Assembly (NCBI GenBank): GCA_051294375.1 | Contig: JBJCIZ010000239.1 | Coordinates: 5,053,476 to 5,061,581, forward strand | Source of the DNA: Paraspadella gotoi | Lineage: Eukaryota; Animalia; Chaetognatha | Reading direction: 5' to 3' | DNA length: 8,106 bases | Part shown: positions 1 through 7,709 of the stretch, piece by piece | Layout: each line of letters opens with the position of its first letter | How positions within the stretch are numbered: position 1 is the first letter of the stretch | Translations under genes and position numbers: made by a program | The notes under the pieces: generated by a model | Seen by the model: the letters and a program-made list of their open reading frames with translations, nothing else | Told to the model about the DNA's origin: nothing | The model's database searches: none

Positions 1-92
1 AGGAGGAGGAAGAGAAGGAGGAAGCTCTGTATATGACGATTCTGTATCTTCAATAAAATTCTGACGTTTACGATCTTGGCCTTCTCCCTCTC
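1..92 (+). repeat. Direct repeat, copy 1; indel-diverged duplicate of ~5460-5557, ending at the N gap
   Basis: gaagctctgtatatgacgattctgtatcttcaataaaattctgacgtttacgatcttggccttctcc aligns by eye to gaagtctgtaatgagattgctgtatttcaagtaaaaattctgtacgtttagcttcttgggccattctcc. Differences are almost all single-base indels. Confidence 0.9.
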
Positions 93-117
93 NNNNNNNN
101 NNNNNNNNNNNNNNNNN
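93..117. other. Assembly gap (25 N)
   Basis: 25 consecutive n characters counted directly (8+10+7). Confidence 0.99.
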
Positions 118-959
118 TTTTGGCCTCAGGCCCCGGAGGCAAGTTACATCGTTGGCGCTCTGTCAGCCATAATGAGTTTCGTTCTCCCTTCAATGGGAGC
201 TAATTGGTTGCTCGGTGTCATGGAGAGACCAGTCAGATCGGGCGGATAACAGCGTACCTCATTTGCGGCCAGATACATAAACAATGTAGATTACGGGTGG
301 TCACCGCAACCGTATGAAAACTCGGTAAAGGGTCGTAATTTTTCTAGGAAAAAATATTCCCTATATTTACATCTCTCGAACGATTTATATCAAATTTTTC
401 TGTCGTAGAAATTCGCTCTGCGCAGCTACAGACGAAGACGAGTCGAACTGACGGTAGCTGCACCTGTGAGCGACGAGCGAGTTTTATTAGCTACGATTTA
501 AACCTTCGCTCACTCTATTTGATCGCCGAGCGGTGATTCATATCGTAGATGACCCTATTTCGCGCCGTACCGAGAAAATTAAGCATCATGACAGTCTGCT
601 TCCTACTTCCCCTACTGTTTCCCTCCGATGCTCGTGCTGGTTCTCTTTGTTGTCTCTTTCCGGAGACCGCGCTTCGCTACTTTTTCGGGCTCTGTTTCCT
701 CTGAGGATTTCTTTGATACTTTCTAATCTTCATGGATACACTCACGCGGATATGAGGGTATAAAAAAATTTTTGTTTTGTCCTTCCAGAAAGTACTACGG
801 CCAGCTACGAACACGTGCATAAGATGTCAAACGGAACTTATTCTTGTGATTTATTCTATTCGATTAGCTTTATAACGGTAAATTATCTGTAGGAGTGATG
901 CGACGGCCTGTACACATTGGCTTTCTGTTCAAATTATTCGTCTCTCCGTTCTGCCTCTA

Positions 960-1930
960 AAACTTTCCCACAACTTTTTGCCACTAACTTATTACTTGCG
1001 CATCCTTTGTGTTCCAATTTTCGCTCCATATAATCTCTTTCTTTCACTTTTGCGCTTCACTTTCCGTTTCTAACACAGTTCCTCAACTGTTCCTCCCCAT
1101 TTGCTCTTTTTTGTCTTCGACTTTCATTGGCTATACTTTCCTTCACTGTTCCTCACTGTGCTTCCTGATCTGGTGCCTATCTTGCCTCCCTGCAGGTATT
1201 TTCTTCCGACTTATTGTCTAATAACTTTCCTTTCAAGCTGTCTCTCCTCAACTGTTTCCGTCCCAGCTTTTCGTCCTCGCTTGTGTGGCCTTCCAGCTTT
1301 TTGCTAGCATAGCTTTCCGTTCCAACCCCACACACCTGTTCGTCCACTGTCTGCAACTTGCTGCCTTTTTCTTTACCAGTACTTTTTCTGTCCTTTTTTC
1401 TTTCTGGTGCCCTATACTTCACTCTTTGCCTTCAAACGAGGCTTATTTGTTCCCTGTTTCCTTCTTCTCTCTCTCTCACGCATCGTCTCATCTTGCTTCT
1501 CTCCTACCCGCATACTCTGTCCCTCTTTCTCGTTTCCTTTCTACAGGATTCCTCTTCTCTGGGCGCACGGGTGCGACTAATCCGCTTGCGCACACGCTTT
1601 CTCTCCTCTCTGCTAATATTCATCTTTTCCTGTCAGCTGTTTCCTCTCACACTGTTCCTCAACTGTTCGTCCTTTCTCCAGCTTGCGTCCTCGGTTCCCT
1701 CCTCCACGTATTTGCTTTTTGTATGAGCTATGTTTCCTTCACTGTTTCCTACAACGTGCTTTCCTCAGCTTATCCTGCTTTTCGCTTCCAATTTGTGTAT
1801 ACTTTCGCTTGCACTGGTTCTCCACTCCTGTTCTCCTACTCCACGTGTTTACCTGCTTTCTGATCCTTTCTCCTCTTATTTCTCTTCCTCGCGACTTTTG
1901 CTAATAATTTATTCTCACGTTTTTCTTCTT
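960..1930 (+). repeat. Degenerate copy of the 73-bp pyrimidine-rich minisatellite, roughly 10 units
   Basis: Recurrent cactgttcctcaactg-like motifs (e.g. ~1074, 1144, 1650, 1740) and gctatacttt-like motifs (~1130, 1219, 1304, 1412, 1612, 1727, 1797, 1900), mostly ~70-115 bp apart. The unit count is a by-eye estimate. Confidence 0.8.
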
Positions 1931-3429
1931 CAACCTCGCCACCAGCTGGGTTCCTTCAATCTTTGTTGGTCCCTCACATCCATCGTCTCTCTGTAGGTTG
2001 TGTACTAATATTCTCCTCCTTTCTCCTCATAGACACATTACCACCTTACATCGCCTCGAGCTTCCGAATTGGTCGAGTGCGGCAGTAACTATTCGACCGT
2101 TGAGTTTGGTTTTTAGTTTTCTGTTGGTTGTTTGGGTTGTTGCTTCGTTCCTTTTCTTGGTTGTTGTCGTTTTGATTTTTTTGGTGGGATGGTTTTTTTT
2201 CTTCTCTCTGTCCGTGCTCTGGATTTTCGGGTGTCTCTTTTATAGATTCCTGCTGCATCCCTGCTCAGTTCCGACTCCTTTTCCCGGTCGCATCAATCCG
2301 CCGCCTATATGGGACCGGACAAAGACTTCAGCCCTCAACCCACGCTAAGCTCCCTAGCCACTGCCCGCGGGAGGTTCGAGGGCCTAGCTACCAACATGGT
2401 CCCTAGCGGGGGAGAGTGAGAGGGCAGGCTCCGTTACAGGAGGTGGCGCTTTTGCTTCGCACACACACGCCTCACTCGAGGGCTGCCAGATCTTGTTGTC
2501 ATCAAGATGCGCGCGAACGTGGATGGAGTCTATTCAAAGCTGCAGTTTCACAACATTTTTCCTTTCTATACCGCACTGGTTTTGCTGGCGTGAGATTCGA
2601 AAACTCGCTCTGGTGGCGACATGGGCGTTTGGGATATTTGAACGTTTTGGTAGCGACTCTGGCCGTCTGTCACTCTATCTTTGTAGCGTGCTGGGCGGCT
2701 TCCGCTCACGTCTGTTCCGAACGTCCGGGGCGAACACGTAGCGTTTAGCATTGTGTTAATTGCTGCATCGTCCACTTTTGATCTGCGTGGTTTGTCCCTT
2801 TTTGACATACCTGTTCAAGACCCAAACGTGACAATCATCATACTGGTGTATTGGTATTTTTTCTAGCATCCGTCCCACATACAGCGGGAATGTTGAGCTG
2901 AGCACTTAGGCTTGACCGAGGGGCCGGGTATTTGCGGGAGACCTGCAATGCACACTGTTATAACGCACTGTCTCCACATTCTCAACGAGCTCTATGTCCA
3001 CGCCGAGAACGGCGATCCCCGTTACTGCCCAACGCCGCCCCGGCCACTACGGGAGCCTTGCACTGGGCCCCCTATCCACCTTGATGTATGTTTTCGACAT
3101 CGTTTTTTCTCCGGCCCCACTGGGTTCGCCACCCGACCTGTTCTTTATTTTGTAGGGCCCGCCGCCGCATTCGTCTCCTTCACTCATCTCCGCTCAGGTG
3201 CCCATCTCCGTCTTCTCACTCTGTTCTCCAGTACATTCTTCATCTCTGTCTCTTGTCTCGTTCGTCTGATGACCTGAATCTATCTCGTCTCTCTCTTCTT
3301 CCGCGCAGAAAGAGCGCCGTTCCAACGTCGTCTGAGATTTTTCTGTTTAAAGTCGCGAGCATTTTGAATTCGATTCCCGCAGGAGTTTGATTTTTTTTTT
3401 ATCCTACGATTCAGTCTGAAGGACGCGCC

Positions 3430-4560
3430 TAGAGAGGGAACGGCCACGCCGAGGGATAGAGAATGGCGAAGAGCGAATAATAGAGAAAGCGCGAGAAGAG
3501 AAAAAAGAAGAAGGAGAAGAGAGAAGAGAGGAGGAGAGGGGGCAGAGCAGGAGGAAGAGAAGGAGAGAGAGAGAAGAAGAGAGAGAAGCAGACGCGAGGA
3601 AGAGTAGGACAGAAAAGACAGTGATAGAAAAATAATAAAAACAAGAGAAAGCTAAAGGACAAAGCAGACGGAGCAACAGACGATAAATGAACAGACGGAA
3701 ACAACAGGATGGTATTAGGAAGAAAAGAAGAGAAAAGAGAAGAAGAAAAGAAGTAAGACGAAATGAGAAGACAAGAAAGAGAGAAGAACGAGAGAACAGA
3801 AAGACAAGAAGCAAAGACTAGAGCACGGATCAAAACAGCAGACAAAACCTTAACAAAAGACAGCAACAGCGAAACGAAAAAGCGAACTAGAAAAAGCGAA
3901 GCAAGTAGAGACAAAAAACTGAAGAAAAATTATAAGCAGGGGAAAAACATGGAAAAATGCAAGAAAATAAAGAGAAAAAATAGAAGAAGAAACAAAACGA
4001 AAAACAAAAAAAATAACCAAGACAACGGAAAAGCAGAAGAACGACAAGAAAAAACCGAGAGAAAAGGGTATATTAGAAGCCGAAGTCAGAGAGAAGAAGA
4101 AGACATGAAAGCAAGACGAAAAGCAGCAAGAAGCACGAAAGTAAGACAAGAGACTACGATTAGAGAAAAAGAGCGGGGAGAGGAGGATCGGGATATAGAG
4201 AATACGCATGAACATTAGAGACAATCGACCGGAGCAATATAGACAGGGGCTTAGGACGTAAAAGACAACACGCAGAATAAAGGAACGGAACACAAAACAA
4301 ACTAGAGAAAAGAATAATATGGAAAAGAGAAACGGAACAAGAACGACAGAAAGACGAGAGAGAGAGGAGACAGATAGCAAGACAGGACGAGGAGAAGAAA
4401 GAGGAGAGAGAGAGAACCAGCAGCAGCGCCAGGGGGAAGCAGAACGGAAAGAAAAAAGAGATAGATTGGAAGAGATCGGGTGGAGCAAGAGAGAGTGGGC
4501 ATGGAGAAGAATGACGGCAGGAGGAGAGAGAGAGAGAGAGAGATGTAGGAGAGACGCACT
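3430..4560 (+). repeat. Long degenerate GA/A-rich polypurine low-complexity tract (counterpart of 7387-7592)
   Basis: About 1.1 kb dominated by A/G. It ends in gagagagagagag...gactgagacgaagatccaaa, as the clean tract does at 7560-7603. Confidence 0.85.
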
Positions 4561-4871
4561 CGACTGAGACGAAGATCCAAACTGCGTATACAAAGCGCCG
4601 GGTGAGCACGATATCTGAAATTCTGGACCTTCCGTCTTCTGCTGCGTCCGTACTCCGTTCCCGTCGATCGTGTGGATCATCAGATTCTTCTCTCTCGTTC
4701 TCTAGGCTCTGTCTCGCGCGTCTCGTCGTCTCTGTCTGCTCGTCTGTCTCACTCTGCTTTCCCTCTCTCTCTGCTATCCGCCTGTCGTCGCCAGGCGCAC
4801 GGAGTCGCCGGTTCGCTCCTCTGTCGGGTTGACGGTCGGACCCACGGGACACAAGAGCATCCTATGCTCGG

Positions 4872-5105
4872 CGAGAGATGAAAGCAAAGCAGAGGGAAGA
4901 AAGATTAAGAGGGGGATGAAGGATCAAGGAGGAAAAGGTATAAAGAAAAGGGTCGAGAGGTTCTTCGGGTGAGGAGGGGGGAGAGAGAATGAGAGGAGGG
5001 AGAAGTAGAGAGAGAGGAGAGAGAGAGAGGGGGAGGGGGAGTGAGAGAGAGAGGAAGAGGAGGAGGGTAAGAGCGAGATAGGGGAAAGGAGGAGAGAGAG
5101 AGAGA
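4872..5105 (+). repeat. Degenerate GA/GGA-rich low-complexity tract
   Basis: Nearly all purines, e.g. gagagaggagagagagagaggggggaggggga. Confidence 0.85.
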
Positions 5106-5229
5106 ATATGTAGTGGTAAGCTTGGTACGAGTAACATAAAATGGTACTTTTCCTCAAAGTCACTTTTGTCCAAATCCCTTTTAATAGTTTCCAGACATAC
5201 ATTTTACATACTACATATTTTCAAATGAA

Positions 5230-5750
5230 CCTCTCCCTCTGCACCTCTCCTCTCTCGTCTCTCGTCTCTCTCGTCTTTTCTCTTAGCTCTACTGCTCGTC
5301 GTTCTCTGTTCTCTCTGCTCTCCTTGCACTCTGTCGCCCCAGCTCTGCAACTGCTACGACCACCTGCTTTTTCCGATTTTCTAGAAAACTCCCCATGGCA
5401 AATAACTTATGTTGGTGCACTTTAGTGAGTCAACCACGCTTAGAGAAAGGAGGAGAGGAAGGAGGAGGAGGAGGAGAAGGGGAGGAAGTCTGTAATGAGA
5501 TTGCTGTATTTCAAGTAAAAATTCTGTACGTTTAGCTTCTTGGGCCATTCTCCTCGTCGTCTCATCATTCATCTCTGCTCTCTCTGCGCTCTCCATCTCT
5601 GATCCATCTCTTCTCTCTCTCTGCTGCTGCTTCGTTCGTGCCTTCTCTCTTTTCCATGTCTAGCGGTCTGCCTATCTTTGCGAAGGGAAAGTTTAGAACG
5701 AGCTTCTTATTCGTCTCTCTTGCGCACACCGTTCGCTCTTCCTCTCTCTC
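5230..5750 (+). repeat. Cluster of degenerate CT-rich (5230-5345, 5548-5750) and GGA-rich (5442-5488) simple repeats, containing direct-repeat copy 2 (~5460-5557) of 1-92
   Basis: Composition read directly (ctctcgtctctcgtctctctcgtc; ggaggaggaggaggag; ctctctctct). Alignment to 1-92 as described above. Confidence 0.75.
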
Positions 5751-5764
5751 ACAGAAGTTTCATG

Positions 5765-6246
5765 GTAAAATCTTTCAGTAGTAATGGAGCGTCACAATGA
5801 AAAGTCTTCATGTATACAATAGTTTACATATATGAAATATAACATGAATATTATATTTTGACCCGTAATTCGTACTAATAAATAAAAGTGGCATCAAAAT
5901 AAATAATACAAAATAATATTAAATTTTAAGATTAAATTCAAGCTATGGTTGTCTTTTGTCCGTAAGAGTTGATGAAAATTTTTTTTCTGACAAAACCTTA
6001 AAGTTACATATATGAATTATGATTCCATTCTTTTTCCAAATTTTATATATTTTTTTTTAAATTTCGTTAACTTTCATAGATAAATAATTAAAATTTGTTG
6101 TAATAATAACCTTCATCTAACTTGTAGTATTTGGATAATATAAAATAGCTTCCATGGGTTTAACTATAGGATATAATAAACACATTAACAATATTCATAC
6201 CGGACTTTCAGTTAGTTTGTAACCTCTTCCGCCTTACTAACCATAA
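5765..6246. other. AT-rich non-coding spacer (intergenic or intronic)
   Basis: Very A/T-rich with poly-A/T runs, no entry in the ORF track, and an abrupt change to CpG-rich sequence at ~6247. Confidence 0.6.
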
Positions 6247-6260
6247 GGGGTCTCTGTAAA

Positions 6261-6339
6261 TTGCCTCAGCCCGACATACGCGTTGGCTTTCAATCGCCTT
6301 TGCCCGTCCAAAAGTTATCGCCTTTGCCCGAGACAAAAG
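6261..6339 (+). repeat. Short direct repeats of atcgcctttgcccg (two exact copies, one diverged)
   Basis: Exact 14-mer at 6293-6306 and 6317-6330, each followed within a few bases by caaaag. Diverged ttgcctcagcccg at 6261-6273. Confidence 0.85.
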
Positions 6340-6424
6340 ACGGACGCCGCCGCAAACGAAAGTCGAATCAGCGAAAAAAATAAAATCGACGAATCAAATT
6401 TTCGTCGTAGAAATTTGCCGCGAG

Positions 6425-6434
6425 CTACGACGAA

Positions 6435-6476
<42 letters not shown>

Positions 6477-6496
6477 TACGACGAAGACGATAACGA
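6425..6496 (+). repeat. (GAC)n microsatellite; pure (GAC)14 at 6435-6476
   Basis: Counted directly. Bracketed by the 15-mer ctacgacgaagacga at 6425-6439 and 6476-6490, followed by taacga. Confidence 0.97.
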
Positions 6497-6571
6497 TATC
6501 AGCGACGGTGATAATGATGATGAAATTGCGAAGAAAATTAACTTAATGACAGTGATATCATCGTTTCGGCG

Positions 6572-6599
6572 GCTCTGTTTTCCCAGAGCGCCCCATTTC
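6572..6599 (+). repeat. 28-bp inverted repeat, left arm
   Basis: gctctgttttcccagagcgccccatttc is the exact reverse complement of 7914-7941. Confidence 0.97.
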
Positions 6600-6820
6600 C
6601 GTTCCTTTATTTCTGAATTTAATTTTAACTCCGATATTTAAATAAAAAAATGTTCATAAAAGTATAAACTAAGTCAAAAAGTCAAAAAGAATTATCGTGA
6701 TTTATTATCGGATTAGCTTATTACCGGTAAATTATCGTAGGCAGATCCGACAATGTTTGTTCAAACTCGTTCTCTTTCCTTCTAAATTTTCCACAACTTT
6801 TCCACAACTTTTCTTCCATC

Positions 6821-7100
6821 TTTTGTTCCACTTTTGCTATACTTTCCTTCACTGTTCCTCAACAGTTCCTCAACTGTTCCTCCCCTTCTCCTCTTTTGTT
6901 CCACTTTTGCTATACTTTCCTTCACTGTTCCTCAACAGTTCCTCAACTGTTCCTCCACTTCTCCTCTTTTCTTCCACTTTTGCTATACTTTCCTTCACTG
7001 TTCCTCAACTGTTCCTCAACTGTTCCTCTACCTCTCCTCTTTTCCTCCACTTTTGCTATACTTTCCTCCACTGTTCCTCAACTGTTCCTCCACATTTCCC
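6821..7100 (+). repeat. 73-bp minisatellite, three full units plus one partial, built from ~11-bp monomers
   Basis: Units start at 6821, 6894, 6967 and 7040 (exact 73-bp spacing). Unit 1 = ttttgttccac ttttgctatac tttccttcac tgttcctcaac agttcctcaac tgttcctcccc ttctcctc. Unit 4 lacks one 11-mer. Preceded by (ttttccacaac)2 at 6787-6808. Confidence 0.97.
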
Positions 7101-7386
7101 CCCATTCCTTCCTTAAATCCCTTCGGCCTTCAATCGCGAGAATTCGATTTTTTTCTTTTTTTTTCATGTTTTCCTGTGTTTTTTTTTTTATTCCTTCAGT
7201 GACTCATCGTTGGAATTTACGTGTTGTGCCGGGGAGATTAGACTCCAATGCCAGCGGGATGAAAACGGCTTTTTTTGCCAGTGAGTTGGGAAATCGCCAC
7301 CGAGCTGAAATGGTACATCATTGCGAGTGAAATTGAATTAAATTTACAGGTTTGACGAAGCCACTGGAGAGAGTTTTGATCACAAT

Positions 7387-7488
7387 AATAGGAGGAAGGA
7401 GAGAGAGAGAGAAAGAAAGAGAAAGAGAGAGACAGAGATCGACTGAGAATGAGAACGAGACTGAGAATAGGGGGAAGGAGAAAGAGAA

Positions 7489-7575
<87 letters not shown>

Positions 7576-7592
7576 TCGACTGAGACTGAGAC
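7387..7592 (+). repeat. Compound GA microsatellite: two related units, the second containing pure (AG)32 at 7505-7568
   Basis: Units start aataggaggaaggag (7387) and aatagggggaaggag (7466). Both contain agagatcgactgaga (7434-7448, 7571-7585). Confidence 0.95.
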
Positions 7593-7667
7593 GAAGATCC
7601 AAAACTCGTTAACAAACGCGCGACGATCGAAATTGTTAAAAGTGAAGCCGCCGTCGGTGACTAGTGA

Positions 7668-7709
7668 TCGTCGTCGTCGTCGTCGTCGTCGTTATCGTCG
7701 TCGTCGTCG
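7668..7709 (-). repeat. (TCG)8-TTA-(TCG)5 microsatellite, i.e. (CGA/GAC)n on the minus strand
   Basis: Counted directly: 7668-7691, tta at 7692-7694, 7695-7709. Confidence 0.97.

Larger units (their letters stand above)
118..4844 (+). repeat. Degraded, insertion-inflated direct copy of ~6260-7773 (probably unpolished long-read sequence)
   Basis: Colinear anchors: 118-133 tttggcctcaggcccc ~ 6261-6272 ttgcctcagccc; 391-413 caaatttttctgtcgtagaaatt ~ 6395-6415 caaattttcgtcgtagaaatt; 571-595 ~ 6529-6553; 846-893 ~ 6697-6741; exact 26-mer gctatactttccttcactgttcctca at 1130-1155 = 6836-6861; exact 20-mer gactgagacgaagatccaaa at 4562-4581 = 7584-7603; ggtcggaccca near 4834-4844 ~ ggtcgaccca near 7764-7773. 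The last anchor is weak, so the right end is approximate. Confidence 0.85.

Noticed and set aside
533-2348. ORFs rich in F/L/S (e.g. 1285-1863, 192 aa) resembling membrane proteins
   Set aside because: They are translations of the pyrimidine-rich degenerate minisatellite and T-rich tract. Several overlapping frames are open, no domain is recognisable, and the reading frames are not preserved in the clean copy.
2416-3390. ORFs of 80-121 aa in the higher-complexity stretch
   Set aside because: No recognisable motif, mostly non-ATG starts, overlapping on both strands, and located in sequence that appears to be error-rich.
5105-5440. Possible inverted similarity between 5105-5155 and 5370-5440
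   Set aside because: Only scattered 4-7-nt matches, and the flanking tracts do not have the orientation an inversion would require.
4850-5490. PacBio SMRTbell adapter remnant or missed-adapter palindrome
   Set aside because: Only short ggaggagg/ggaggaaaag matches, expected in GA-rich DNA. There is no caacaacaac/gttgttgttg core at the junction, and the ghost copy is on the same strand rather than inverted.
1-5557. LTR pair (1-92 and ~5460-5557) bounding a ~5.5-kb retrotransposon
   Set aside because: No gag/pol coding remnants, primer-binding site or TG...CA ends are visible. The interior is a copy of downstream non-coding sequence and the repeat ends at an assembly gap.
3404-5596. Long K/R/E-rich (+) and L/S/F-rich (-) ORFs, including 3850-4680 (276 aa) and 4160-4852 (230 aa)
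   Set aside because: GA/CT low-complexity DNA rarely contains stop codons, so ORFs open in many frames at once. The amino-acid composition simply mirrors the repeat.
5733-5760. Splice acceptor (pyrimidine tract + cag at 5752-5754)
   Set aside because: The pyrimidine tract is part of a CT microsatellite and no convincing exon follows.
6283-6546. Poly-Thr ORF (or poly-Asp in another frame) over the GAC tract
   Set aside because: Short, TTG start and driven by the microsatellite. A small exon cannot be strictly excluded without RNA data, but nothing supports one.
6821-7100. CRISPR array
   Set aside because: Units are contiguous tandem copies with no unique spacers, there are no cas genes, and the context looks eukaryotic.
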